Shown here: positions 13,311-26,860 of the stretch, in pieces | Layout: each line of letters starts with the position of its first letter | Position numbering within the stretch: position 1 is the first letter of the stretch | Assembly (NCBI GenBank): GCA_951406725.2 | Contig: OX597838.1 | Span: 20,274,001-20,338,000, forward strand | Source: Octopus vulgaris | Lineage: Eukaryota | DNA length: 64,000 bases | Reading direction: 5' to 3' | Notes under the pieces: generated by a model | What the model was told of the DNA's origin: nothing | Database searches by the model: none | What the model saw: only the letters and a program-made list of their open reading frames with translations | Program-made: the position numbers and the translations under genes

Positions 13311-13315
<5 letters not shown>
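12778..13315. repeat. Fold-back cluster (~94-bp inverted arms plus shorter direct and inverted segments) among (TA)n tracts, probably Penelope pLTR-derived
   Basis: 12778-12871 is inverted at 12924-13015; segment gatctcagatcaaatcacttg recurs directly (~13030, ~13097) and inverted (~13255-13315). Confidence 0.85.
12865..12913 (-). ncRNA. Minimal type I hammerhead-ribozyme-like motif with G3-C8 core
   Basis: UUGUCA-GUGAACA-G-GUCGC-GGUCUUAAA-GCGAC-GAAA-AUAU-UU-UGACAA: 6-bp stem I, 5-bp stem II, palindromic stem III (AAUAUU). Confidence 0.7.
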
Positions 13316-13377
<62 letters not shown>

Positions 13378-13665
13378 GCAGAGAAAGAGAGAGAGGGGAG
13401 ATAGTGATGCAGGTAAACACAGGTAGGCTTGGAATGTGTATATTTACATAGAGTACAATACGGAATGAAATATATATTATATAATGAATTAACGTGACAA
13501 TTGTCTCAGGAAGCCATGACTTACGTAATAATCATAATTGGCAGGTGATATATGAAACAATGATGGGTATGCAACATTTCTGGTCATATGATGATATCAC
13601 AATAAGTCCAGGAAACGGGAGCCGGGCTTACTGTAGTATTTTCATGTATGCATGATTGTATATGT

Positions 13666-13925
13666 GGAGGCGTTTGGCTTAGTGGTTAGGGTGTCAGCAT
13701 CATGATCGTAAGATTGTGGTTTCGATTCCTGGACCGGGCGGCGCGTTGTGCTCTTGAGCAAAACACTTCATGTCACGTCGCTCCAGTCCACTCAACTGGC
13801 AAAAATGAGTAACGCTGCGATGGACTGGCGTCCCGTCCAGCTGGGGAACACATACGCCATAGAGACCGGGAAACCGGGCCCATGAGCCTGGCTAGGCTTT
13901 AAAAGGGCGCATTTATTATTTATTA
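13666..13925 (+). mobile_element. tRNA-derived SINE with V-domain-like body
   Basis: tRNA-like head TGGCTTAGTGGTTAGG...GTTTCGATTCC; CTGCGATGGACTGGCGTCCCGTCCAG resembles the V-SINE domain; (ATT)n tail. A related tail occurs at 30621-30920. Confidence 0.75.
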
Positions 13926-13969
13926 TGATTGTATGTATGCAAACACACACACACGTGCTTGCGCTCGCA

Positions 13970-14057
<88 letters not shown>

Positions 14058-14949
14058 AAAAGAATAAAGGGAAAAGGAGACAACACGCACAAAACAACAC
14101 CACCACCAAAACCTGAGCGAAGCACGGGTCAAAATAGCTTGTATATTATATAACGTGAAAAGGCAGTGAGCTGGTAGAATCATTAGCACGCCGGACAAAA
14201 TGCTTAGCGGCATTGAGTTCAAATTCCGCCGGGGTCGACTTCACCTTTCATCCTTCCGGGGTCGATAAAATAAGTAGCAGTTGAACACTGGGGTCGATGT
14301 AATAAATTTACACCTCCCTCAACATTTCTGGCCTTGTGTCATAATTTGAAACCAGTATATTATGTAACGTGGAGAGGCGGTGAGCTGGCAGAATCGTTAG
14401 CACACCGGGGAAAATGCTTAGCGGCATTTCGTTTCATTTTACGTCGTGAGTTCAAATTCCGCCGACGTCGACTTTGCCTTTCATCCTTTCGGGGTCGATA
14501 AAATAAGTACCAGTTGAGCACTGAGGTCGATGTAATCAACTTGCCCCTCCTCCGAAATTGTTGGCCTTGTGCCAAAATTTGAAAGCAATATATTATACCA
14601 CGCATTTTTATTATGTAACAATGTGATATATATTGCATATTATGCAGCACTGAATTATGTATTCCGTGTATATTATGTCACAACACATTGTGTAATATGG
14701 AAATTAAGGTTAACCTGTCGTAAAATGTTTTTATATAACTTTATGGCGCATCCCTTTTGTATCCCCTTTATAATAAGTCTATTGTATTTATGTAAGGACT
14801 CTGGTAACGAAGTAAACGAAATTATTGTTGTTTTTGGGAAAGAAACATTCGAAAGTCTGCACTGTTATGAAAAACTCAGCTGAAGAAAGAAAGAGTGAGA
14901 ATGCTCCATCTATTGAATATATTTATGAGGCAGACGATTATAGAAAGTG

Positions 14950-15450
14950 TGGGAATTATTGAGTGGCGCCCTGGACCGACAAACTGGTCAGACTGCTTGA
15001 GTTTTGGTTCGGTCAAGATCTTCAGTTGGAGAGGAACTAGGGCGAGGTTACAAGTTGAGTGTCAGTTTCATACAGAAACAGGCTGAGAGCAAGCTGTCCC
15101 TGAGAAGTCGAGCAGAGATAGCAAACACCTATGTCACCGTTAACGCCTAATTCTTGCGCCTTACTCTAATTTTCATGTGATCAGATTGGAGCCATTGTTT
15201 TCCCACTTCTTGAGGAAGAGACGCAGGGGATCCATCTGCCTTCAACACTCTTGCATGTGTGCTCGTTACACAGACATGTACTGAGTCTCATCCTGGACGG
15301 TGACTGCGTCTGATCGCTTTTTGTCAGGTGTGTTTTTTCACAGCTCATCTCTTTGACGAAGATAAAGTCTCGGATCAAGTAAACACTAAAACTGGCTGCC
15401 TAGCATTTGGAACGTCGCCATGCGCTTACAGCGCTCTACCTGTCGAGTAA
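14950..15450 (+). pseudogene. Degraded Tx1/L1-like LINE ORF2 fragment (downstream of the RT core)
   Basis: Translation across stops and shifts gives WTDKLVRLLEFWFGQDLQLERN*GEV...KLSLRSRAEIANTYV, matching the L1/Tx1 pattern LGVWFG...NW...LSLxGRA. Confidence 0.7.
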
Positions 15451-15719
15451 TAAGAGTGGTAGACGGGAAGCCGGCAGAAACGTTAGCACGCCGGGCGAAA
15501 TGCTTAGTGGTATTTCGTCTGCTGTTACGTTCTGAGTTCAAATTCCGCCGAGAGCGACTTTGCCTTTCATCCTTTCGGGGTCGATAAATAAAGTACCAGT
15601 TACGCACTGGGGTCGATATAAACATTTTCCCAGTAAGAGAACTAATCTACATCATTGGATGCAAATGAAGTAGCATGTCATTCTTAGTGCTACAGGCGTC
15701 TGTAACCTAGTACAACCAG

Positions 15720-16530
15720 CTGCATGGTCGTGCTGCCGGCGACATAAATGGAAACCTTATCAAGCCTGCTTGGAAAAATGGGTGCTGTTCGTTCGTCGAA
15801 ACAAAATTCCTCAACACAAAATTCTAAAATTTTTACTAAAGCAACGGTCATCACATTTTTTATTTGAATCTTCTTGTCCTGTTGGGTATTGCCTTACCTA
15901 ATCTGGTTCAGGTAAGCTTGAATTCAAGAGGACCTCTCTCATGTAAAAACTACATAAATCTTGGCAAAACTGATGCACGTTTCTTTATCAGGTCTGCAAA
16001 TGAATGTTTGTGCTTATAAAATCGATTTTTGAGTGTCAATTCAGTTATTCCAGTATATACTTTAAATTAGTCTCTGTTGTTTGTTTCTGCCTTAGCGCTG
16101 TATACTTTCGACTTCTCTAAACAGTTTTTATCTAGCGGACAGTTCTCACGAATCCTAAAGTTGTAAAATTAATGTTGGCCAGATGTTTGTCTACAATTTC
16201 ATCCAGCCTTACAGCTTTTTATAAACCTTTGATATAACAACGGAAATTCTTGCAAGTTGAATAACTAATGTTAACATATTTCCTATTTAATGATTTTATA
16301 TACTTATGCCCCGGCGGAAAATGGTAATTTATCAAATTAAGTAATTCGTTATCTATATTGGTTTTTGCTGTTAGATTAATACTGGTTGTACCATAAGATA
16401 TTCCTGTCCCTATTCTTAATGCTAAGCTTTATGCTATCAGTGCGTTTTTACATATCTAATCTTACCGGAAAACCTAGAATTTCTAAACGCTTCGTTGCAA
16501 TACCCAGCTACAAAAGCATCTTTATATATT
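15720..16530 (-). pseudogene. Penelope-like element ORF remnant (RT C-terminal region, linker and GIY-YIG endonuclease)
   Basis: Minus strand: RNILWYN...KTNIDNELLNLI..HFPPGHKYIKSLNRKYVNISYSTCKNF...RENCPLDKNCLEKSKVYSAK...KVYTGITELTLKNRFYKHKHSF; corresponds to RNIIWFNPP/HFP/CPL..CL/VY-YIG motifs; many stops and frameshifts. Confidence 0.85.
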
Positions 16531-16677
16531 CATACACACACGGGCGCACCAGGCACACACACACACACACACACACGGGCGGGCGCACGCACACACACAT
16601 GCATACATATATATATACACACACACATATGTGTGTGTGCGTACGTACGTCTGTGTATGTCAATCTGAGTGTGTGCG

Positions 16678-16712
<35 letters not shown>

Positions 16713-17340
16713 TCTCTAGTTTCAGCTCAGAGCTGCGGCCATGCTGATGCACCGCCGTTTTGTGCTCGAGCTGTTCGACAAAACCCTACAGGGTGGTACG
16801 GTGGCCAAGGATGGCCGCAGTTCAACGACCGAAACGAGTTAACGACGGAAATTATAATTAAAGACGGAAATTAAAGACGGAAAATATAATTAAGAAAAAA
16901 CAGTTTTCTATGTTCAAATAATATGTTTCAATGTAACCTCCTTCTGTTAGTCTTGCAACATTTTGGCAACCGATTGGCAAGGCAAGGCTACGAATCAGCT
17001 GCCAAGTTATAATGAGAAAAATGTTCTCATACAATTCCATGCACATCTAGAATGCATTGTAGGAATAATGGAGCCCTGCACTTTATTGCATCGGCGCTGG
17101 AAGGTTGAAAGGCAAGGTCAACTTCAGCGAAATTTGAACTCGGAACACAAAGGGATGTAACTCCCCAATCCACTGTCAGTGGATTTGGGAGAATTTAAGG
17201 ATTCAAGATTCAAGGATTCTACCAATCTGCTTTCTGTTTATAAGATGGCACAGTCACACTCGGAATACATCTGATAATATGTGCTGCTGATCTGGCACTA
17301 AACATCATCATCATCCTCATCGTCATTAATACCATTAACA

Positions 17341-17393
<53 letters not shown>

Positions 17394-17424
17394 CATCACC
17401 ACCACCACCACCACCACCACCACC

Positions 17425-17475
<51 letters not shown>

Positions 17476-17485
17476 GGCACTGAGA

Positions 17486-17805
17486 GTCCATCGGTTACGA
17501 CGACGAGGGCTCCTGTTAATCCGATCAACGGAACAACCTGCTCGTGAGATTAACGTGCATCTGGCTGAGCACTCCGCAGACACGCGTATACTCTTAACGT
17601 AGTTTTCAGGGAGATTCAACGCGAGACAGAATGTGACAAGGCTGGCCCTTTTCTTTACAGGTGCTACTCGGTTTTTGCCAGCTGAGTGAACTGGTGCAAC
17701 GCGAAATAAAGTGTCTTGATCAAGGACACAACACTTCGACAGCAATCGAACCCATGAACTTACAATCGTGAGCCGATTATCCTAACCACTTAGCTACACA
17801 CCTTC
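17486..17805 (-). mobile_element. tRNA-derived SINE (same head and tail type as the 6826 copy)
   Basis: Reverse complement of head (TAGCTAAGTGGTTAGG...GGTTCGATT) and of tail ...CTCGTCGTCGTAACCGA. Confidence 0.75.
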
Positions 17806-18044
17806 AACAACAACAATAACAACTCTGCACTAAACTACTCTTTTTACTCTTTTACTCTTTTACTTGTTTCAGTCATTTGACTGCGGCCATGTTGGAGCAC
17901 CGCCTTTAGTCGAGCAATTCGACCCCGGGACTTATTCTTTGTAAGCCCAGTACTTATTCTATCGGTCTCTTTTGACGAACCGCTAAGTGACGGGGACGTA
18001 AACACGCCAGCATCGGTTGTCAAGCAATGCTAGGGGGACAAACA

Positions 18045-18150
<106 letters not shown>

Positions 18151-18379
18151 TACGACAGGCTTCTTTCAGTTTTCGTCTACCAAATCCACTCACAAGGCAT
18201 TGGTCGGCCCGGGGCTATAGCAGAAGACACTTGCCCAAGATCCCACACAGTGGGACTGAACCCGGAACCATGTGGTTGGTTAGCAAGCTACTTACCACAC
18301 AGCCATTCCTACGCTACACTATTTTATAAGAACACAACCTCTATGCGACCATTTGTCTTGCTAGATATAACAGTTAAAT

Positions 18380-19271
18380 GGATCTTTACCTTTTGACCGA
18401 CAGATTTTAAAAATAAATTTTTGTAACTAAACACTTTCAAACTTCGGACACTGGTAGAATGTGTCATATAAAACATGTTTTTCTCTTAGCATTTTTGAGA
18501 AAAACTTATAAATAGGAAGTTATTTCACGTTAAAGTTGTATTTCGGTAATTTCAACCAATCAATGACGTACATTCAGCTGAATAAAATTACTGCTGTTGT
18601 TTGTCAACAACAACTATCAGCGGTGTATTTTTCATTCGTCACTCTTATTTATGACATCGTTCGTGCGTTTGTACTGGTTTTAAGGTTATAGGGTTAGGGT
18701 TTTGGGGTTAGGGTAGTCATAAATAACAGTGACAAACGAAATATACACCGCCGGAAGTTCTTGTTGACAAACAACAGCAGTAATTTTATTCAGCTGAATA
18801 CACGTCATTGATTAGTTGAAATTACTGAAATACGAGAACTTTAACGTGAAATAACATCGTAAATATAAGCTTTTCTCAAAAATGCTAAGAGTAAAAGATG
18901 TTCTATATGACACATTCTACCAGTGTTCGAAGTTTGAAACTGTTTAGTTACAAAAAAAGTACCAGTTATGCACTGGGATCGATGCAATCGACTTAATCCC
19001 TTTGCTTGTCCCCGTATTTGTCCCCGATAGTTGTTGTTGACAAACAATGGCAGTAATTTTATTCAGCTGAATACACGTCATTGATTGGTTGAAATTACCG
19101 AAATATGACAACTTTAACGTGAAATAACTTCGTAAATATAAGTTTTTCTCAAAAACGTTAAGAGTAAAAGATGCTTTTTTATATGACACATTCTACCAGT
19201 GTCCGAAGTTTGAAAGTGTTTAGTTACAAAAAATTATTTTAAAAAATCTGTCGGTCAAAAGGTAAAGATCC
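18380..19271. mobile_element. Long-TIR fold-back MITE with GGATCTTT termini and TTAGGG-like core (composite copy)
   Basis: Ends GGATCTTTACCTTTTGACCGACAGA / TCTGTCGGTCAAAAGGTAAAGATCC; ~270-bp inverted arms; second right arm at ~18717-18955; partial copies at ~20355-20774 and 43896-44145. Confidence 0.85.
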
Positions 19272-20940
19272 CAAATTTATGATGTTTTTGCATGTCAAGT
19301 AGAAAATGGTAGCCCTTCTTGAAGATTCTAGCTGCTAGAATATTTTGGGGCCAATTTGTCATCATCGTCTATTTGTCTTGGTAGCTCCGGCTACACTCGC
19401 AGCCGATCTGCTTAAAGAGTACACCGCTACTCTCCTGCAGGCGCTGCTGGTCAACAGAAAAACTAATTTATATATAGCTGTTTTCTTTAGAGACAAAAGC
19501 ACCGAAAAATGAAATTGTTAATGATATCCTGTTCTGAGATGCAAGTGATCACTACTTGCTGACGTCATCTATAATTGAGCGAATCCTGTTTGTGTTCTTT
19601 GGTTATTTTTGCATTCGGTTACTATGATCCGGATTTTATTTTTAAGCAGTGGTTTGAAACCAAATATTCCTGCTACAAACCGAACATTTAAAAGAAATTT
19701 TGTAATGTTGCTATTTATTTTATTTTATTTATTTATTTTGCAGCCGACATTCTTATATGTCAGCCCTTAACTTATTTGAGAAAATCAGTGCCTGTCAGAA
19801 GTTTTAATCGATAGCATCGTAAAATAATTACACATTTAACTTGCAGTATTTCATCACATATAAGTCGGCGAGCTGGCAGAAACGTTAGCACACCGGGCGA
19901 AATGCTTAGCGGTACTTTGTATTTTGTTCTGAGTTCAAATTCCGCCGAGGTCGACTACGCCATTCGTCCCTTCGGGCTCGATAAATTAAGAACCAGTTGC
20001 ATACTGGAATCGATCTAATCGACTGGTCCTCTCCCCCAAAATTTCGAGCTTTGTGCCTAGAGTGGAAAAGAATATTTTTTTGTATTTAAGACTTTCAAGC
20101 GTGTTCTTGAATTCGTCGACTAAATCATTTCACTGGTGACCACTCCAAAACAAGAATGTCTTGCAAGTTAACTGAAACTTTCTTTTTAGCTGGTGAAGGA
20201 GCTCAATCGCGAGTTGTAATTGTTAGTGACACCCCTTCCCCTGCAAAATAAAAGGGGACTTACTTTCAAGAAATTGAGGAATAATATCTATTTCTTTATT
20301 GCCCACAGGGGACTAAACATAGAGGGGACAAACAAGGACAAAGGAATTAAGTCGATTCAGCTGAATAAAATTACTTCTGTTGTTTGTCAAGAATTTCCGG
20401 CGGTGTATATTTCGTTTGTCACTGTTATTTATGACAACCCTAACCCTAAAACCCTAACGCTAACCCTGAAACCAGTACGAACGCACGAACGATGTCATAA
20501 ATAACAGTGACAAACGAAATATACACCGCCGATAGTTGTTGTTGACAAACAACGGCAGTAATTTTATTCAGCTGAAAACATGTCATTGATTGGTTGAAAT
20601 CACCGAAATACGAGAACTTTAACGTGAAATAACTTCCTAAATATAAGCTTTTCTTAAAAAACGCTATGAGGAAAAGATGCTTTATACGACACATTCTACC
20701 AGTGTCCGAAGTTTGAAAGTGTTTAGTTATAAAAAATAATTTTTTAAAATCTGTCGGTCAAAAGGTAAAGATCCGCTAGTTGGTATAGGACGTGTTCAAT
20801 ACGTGTATCGTACGTACCATCCAATATCGCTGGCTTGTCGCCTCTAATGCTAATCAGTAGTATGTTTTATACACAAGTGGCAAGAGCTTCCTTACTACCT
20901 CGTTAAACTTTTCCAATTACGAGTGATTTATAATCTTCAT

Positions 20941-22821
20941 GATGAGCAAGAATACGAAAGATAAAAGCACTGATAAAATTGACTTAGGTTTAACTTCGAC
21001 AAAGAAATGAATTAAATAGTATAATCGTATATTATCGAACAAACTTTTATTGGATTTTCGATTTTCATCATGGTTAGAACCAAGTAAAACAAATATCGAA
21101 AGAACATACAGTAAATTTTGTTGTGAAATTCAAGACAGTGTAACTCATCTGGAGAAACACGGGACACGGAAAAACAATGTTAATTCAGAAAGTAAAAGTG
21201 GAAAACTGACCGACTTTTTGCAGCCTACAACTTCTGTTCATATTACAAACGCAGCAGTTGCGGAGCTTAAGCTTTGTTCCTTCATTACAGAACATAACTT
21301 ACCAGTGAGACCTGGACTAATTCAGAATGTATGTCCTGATTCCAAAATAGCTACAGGCATTAAATGTACAGTAACCAAACCTACACAAATATATAAAAAA
21401 TGTTTTAGGCCCTTATTACTCTGACAACCTCATTAAACAGTTAAAAGTGTGCAAGTTTTCATTAATTGTTGTTGAAACTACTGATGTAAGTACAAAATAA
21501 AAACTTGTTCTGTTAGCTAGATTTTATGATTGTAGCACTCAGAAAATTATTGATAGTTATTTAATTCTTTTAGAAGCCAAGGATTGCTCTGCTAATGGAA
21601 TTTTTCCCTCTATTGAAAGATTCTTCACCTTACGTGATATTCCTTTTGAAAATTGGATAGGATTTGCTAGTGACAATGCTAGTGTAATGATGGGACAGAA
21701 GGGAGGTGTGCAGATATTACTGAAGAACAAAGTTCCCTCTCTTTTTATTCAGGGTTTTGTCTGTCACTCTATGCATATCCGTGCATCAAAGCCAAGTTCA
21801 GAATTACCTTCATATTTAGAAGAACACGCTAGAAGCATATATTCATTCCTCTCAAATAGCCCAAAGAGACTGCAAGAATATGAAGAATTTCAGGCATTTA
21901 CTCAAACAAATCTTCATAAATTATTACATGTAAGTTGTACAAGGTGGCTATCTTTAGAACAAGTTGTCAAAAGAATAGTAGAACAGTGACCTGCGCTAGT
22001 GTTATTCTTTACTACTGCTGCTATTGAAGATAACAGTGCAGCTTCAAATGTGCTCAACTCATTAACAAATCCACTCACAGAGATGTATTATGCATTTTTA
22101 GTATATATTTTGCCAGATGTTACTAAGTTGAACTTAGATTTCCAATCAGAAAGCTCTAGAATGCACAAATCTATTACATATGCTGTTATGGGAATATTTG
22201 GCAATTTTGTTTAAAAGATATTGTGAAAAATAAAGAGCTATATGAAATTAACAATAATGATCCATCAGTGTATCTTCCCATAACTGGAATTTAGAGGAGC
22301 AAAAGTTGAAAGCATCTACATAAAGAAAGCTTCATCTATTAGTTCAACTGGATTGAAAACAAAAATGGGACAAGAACGCAAAATATTCAGACAGTTAGGT
22401 GATACAAAAAAAGGGACAACAAAACATCCAGACAGACGATACAAAGGAAACAAGGACGGGTCATTCGGAGTTTTCTATCCTCAGTCGAATTCCAGCCGAA
22501 ATTGCAAAGATAACCTGGAGCTCCGAATGACCCGTCCTTGTTTCCTTTGTATCGTCTGTCTGGGTGTTTTGTTGTCCCTTTTTTGTATCACCTAACTGTC
22601 TGGATGTTTTGCGTTCTTGTCCCAATTTTGAAATTTTTATATATAAAATATAGCGGCATACGTATAGTTTGGTCTCTCATTATAAATAATATATATTATG
22701 CATTTCAGTTGATTTACAGGCGAAATATTACAAATTTAAATTCTGGTACTTTTTGAGCAAAATTTGGTACATTTATTTTGCTAAATCTGGTACTTTCATC
22801 AAAAGACGTTTGGCAAGCCTG
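20941..22821 (+). pseudogene. hAT-superfamily transposase pseudogene (ZNF862/ZBED-like) with right TIR
   Basis: Motifs FSSWL (degenerate Zn finger), AELKLCSFITEHNLP, FSLIVVETTDVST (normally FSLIVDE), GFASDNASVMMG, VCHSMH, TRWLS; stops and frameshifts; right end TTGGCAAGCCTG (22810-22821) preceded by sub-terminal tggtac repeats. Left TIR not found. Confidence 0.9.
22362..22629. repeat. Fold-back element (~109-bp inverted arms) interrupting the hAT element
   Basis: 22362-22470 is inverted at 22521-22629; single-arm relatives at ~26860-27020, ~4305-4367 and ~825-855, each next to (TA)n. Confidence 0.85.
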
Positions 22822-23467
22822 CTCCAGTCGAGAGCATTGGGTTTTTTTTTTCCTTTCGTTTTTCAGACAATCATCCAACGCGTTATATAAATACATAAGA
22901 TTTAACTCTTGTTTACAACAGGTTAAATGATCACGCAAATACTTTCATGTTGGCTCATAGATTTGCGCCGATCTCCTGCAGACGACATTTTATTTTACGG
23001 CGTTGTTGTGTGTGTGTGTGTGTATGATTGCGTGTATGTGAAATTTTCAGAAATTTTAGCTCAGAAGCTCTGCCTTTCATCCTCCTCACGAAATCGATAA
23101 ATAAAGCAGGCCAGTTGTAGGTCGATTCCTGTCTCTCATTCCCTTCTGTTTATGTTTGTCTCTATCTATGTGCTTGTCTGTCTGCCTGTCTGTCTCCCTT
23201 CCTTCTTTCCTTCCCTTCTTCCTTTCTTTCTTTCTTTCTTTCATTCTTTCTTTCTTCCCTTCTTTCTTTTCCTTCCTTCCTTTCTTTCTTTCTTCCTTCC
23301 TTCCTTCCTCCCTTTCTTTCTTCCTGCCTTTCTTTTTTCTTTCTTTCTTTCTCTATCTCTCTTTCAGATACACACACTCACACACATACACTTACACACA
23401 CACACACACACTCACACATACATACACACATACACTTACACAAATACACTCACGCACACACACGCAC

Positions 23468-23556
<89 letters not shown>

Positions 23557-24133
23557 GCCAGAATGCTCATCGTCGAGACTGACGGGGAATTCGCCACTTT
23601 ACCCAGTGATTTTTAAGTTTGATTCGACGGGGGATTTACTAGTTATTTCTAGCAGGTTGAGAAAGATCACGCAGAAGGGGCCCTCTTTCCTTTTCAATAC
23701 TGTCGCTATACTACCTACCATATGTTTACTTTCGAGGGAATACACTTTCGCTGCTTAAAAAAACAAAAAGCAATAACAAAACAAACAAAACACTTCAATG
23801 CTTTACTCAAGAAGAGATAAACCTTCTGTAGTTATAAATTTGAAAAAAAATACCCACAGAAATAAGGACAAAATAATACAAGAGAAAACGAAAAGAACTA
23901 AAAACAAAACACTCCAGTTAATTCTATGTTCTCTTTAAAGCTATAAAGGAAAAGGTGTTAAAACTTCGCATCCGTCTACTTGAAAACATATTACATTAAA
24001 AGTAATCTATGGCTACTCTTGTTTGTAAATTTTTCTTAGCTTCCGGTTCAGCTATCTAAGCTATCTTAATGTAAGCAATCTTAATGCAAGCTATCCTACT
24101 ACTTGCCCATCAGTCTATCTCTCTACATACCTA

Positions 24134-24206
<73 letters not shown>

Positions 24207-24382
24207 GTCTGCCGTTACGTTCTGAGTTCAAATTCCGTCGAGGTCGACTTTGCCTTTCATCCTTTCGGGGTCGATAAATTAAGCACCAGTTACGCACTGG
24301 GATCGATGTAATCGACTTAATCCGTTTGTCTGTCCTTGTTTGTCCCCTCTGTGTTTAGCCCCTTGTGGGTAGTAAAGAAATA

Positions 24383-24434
<52 letters not shown>

Positions 24435-24435
24435 C

Positions 24436-24585
24436 CGCTTTTTTTCACGATCCCTTTTGATCGGAATTCCCCCCTTTTTTCACGATCCCTTTTGATCGGA
24501 ACCCCCCCTTTTTTTCACGATCTCTTTTGATCGGAATCCACCCCCTTTTTTTCATGATCCCTTTTGATTGGAATTCGCCCCCCTT
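24436..24585 (+). repeat. Minisatellite, ~35-bp unit x4
   Basis: Repeated tttttcacgatcccttttgatcggaa(t)cccccc. Confidence 0.85.
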
Positions 24586-24714
24586 TGTTTTCTTTTTCTT
24601 TTTGTCCCCCTTCTCTTCTTCCCCAAAAGAAAAGCTCTACTTTGTATTTTGTCCCTTCTGCGTTTAGCCCTGCGTGGCAAATAAATCTATCTATCTATCT
24701 ATCTATCTATCTAC

Positions 24715-24760
<46 letters not shown>

Positions 24761-24769
24761 GTCTGTCTA

Positions 24770-24864
<95 letters not shown>

Positions 24865-24889
24865 ATCTATCTGTCTGTCTGTCTATCTA

Positions 24890-25112
24890 TACGAGTGGGT
24901 GCTGAAAAGTTCCTGTCTTCGAGTAAAAGAAAATACAGGAGGATCAGTTAATTATGATTTTATTTCAACGTATTTTCCTCTCGGATTCACACACTTATTG
25001 CAGCGGTTCTTCAGTTTTTCTCATCCCTGCAAAAGACCTCGGAAGTTTGGGTATCCAGTCAGTCCTTTCACGACACCCTTAAAGCCAGGAATTTTTTTCA
25101 GCACCCCTTCGC
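24890..25112. mobile_element. Mariner-derived MITE family (also ~29169-29407 and ~42480-42705)
   Basis: TA-CGAG.GGGTGCTGAAAAGTTCCTG... / ...CAGGAA.TTTTCAGCACCCC.TCG ends; interior encodes a mariner-like C-terminus (approximately L..RCNKCVN..G.YVE). Confidence 0.8.
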
Positions 25113-26416
25113 ATATATATATATATATATTTTGATATTAGAAGAAGCGTTTAACTCAAGATGTAAATAAACATGTTTTATCGTATGCTAGGTCGTTATC
25201 CGTCGCCATGTTGCCGGTAAAAATATTTGTAAATTATGCTCATACCTTCATAAATGGTTCAAATAATGTTTAGATTGACTTTTTCAGTGGAGATTATAGG
25301 CGTAGGAGTGGCTGTGTGGTAAGTAGCTTGCTTACCAACCACATGGTTCTGGTTTCAGTTCCACTGCGTGGCACCTTGGGCAAGTATCTTCTACTATAGC
25401 CTCGGGCTTGTGAGTGGATTTGGTAGACGGAAACTGAAAGAAGCCCGTCGTACATATGTATATATATATGGGTGTGGGGGTGAGTGTGTACGTTTGTGTG
25501 TCTGTATTTGTCCCCCCAACATCACTTGACAACCGATGCTGGTGAGTTTACGCCCCCGTAACTTAGCGGTTCGGCAAAAGAGACCGATAGAATAAGTACC
25601 AGGCTTACAAAGAATAAGTCCTGGGGTCGATTTGCTCGACTAAAAAGGCGATGCTCCAGCACGGCCACAGCCAAATGACTGAAACAAGTAAAATAGTAAC
25701 AGTTTGAATACAGTTGAACAATAGCATTCATTTAAAACACCTTCTTTTTTTGGTAATATTCTACAAGATAAGCATATTCATTGAAAAATATCTCGTCTTA
25801 TATGCTCTGGTTGGCCGTGCATAACAATATTACGGATGTTAGTAGTGAAACTGTTTATGTGCCCTGTGTGGTAAGGCTATTTAATAGCTGAATGTTATTT
25901 AATAAAAGCCTCGTTAGTTACTATGCTGACAACTCTACCTATCCAACAATCTTTCACATGAAAGGCTTTTTTAAAACTGTGCTGCGTTGCCTGTATGTTG
26001 AGAAACATACAGAAAAACGCACATACAAAGAGAAATACACACTTCACACTACCAACCAAAATTAAATATATATTCCTTTCTAATCTAGGCACAAGGCCCA
26101 ACATTTTGGGGGAGGGGAGCCCAGTCGATTAGATCAATTCCAGAACGCAACTGGTACTTAATTTATCGACCCCGAAAGGATGAAAGGCAAACTCGACCTC
26201 GGTGGAATTTGAACTCACAACGCAAAAACAGACGAAATACCGCTAAGCATTGCGCCTGGTGTGCTAACGTTTCTGTTATATAGTAAAAAATATTTTTTTG
26301 AAGTCTGTGTTGCGTTATGTCGACAGATTTGCACTTAAAATTCCCGCATTTTTAAGGTAGGGTGTTGTCACTGCGGTGACGACATCTTGTCGATCTATCT
26401 TTCACACACACACACG

Positions 26417-26462
<46 letters not shown>

Positions 26463-26649
26463 ATTTCTTTTTTAACAACTTTTTCTCTTCCCTTTCTTTC
26501 CATCCTTCACATATATCTTGTGACAGACAGGCGGAGATAGATCAGCTTGTCTTTTATAATATTAGATCGTCCACTTTTTTCTGGCCGCACATATGCTTGA
26601 AACTTGCTAACTTCCTACACTTGGATCCATGCATCGTACTTACCTCTTG

Positions 26650-26707
<58 letters not shown>

Positions 26708-26789
26708 TCATATGTACACATAAATACACATACATACATACATACATACATACATACATACATACATACATACATACATACATACATGC

Positions 26790-26860
<71 letters not shown>

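Noticed and set aside
18678-18714. True telomere or chromosome-fusion scar
   Set aside because: Only a few degenerate units, embedded at the same position in two copies of a MITE.
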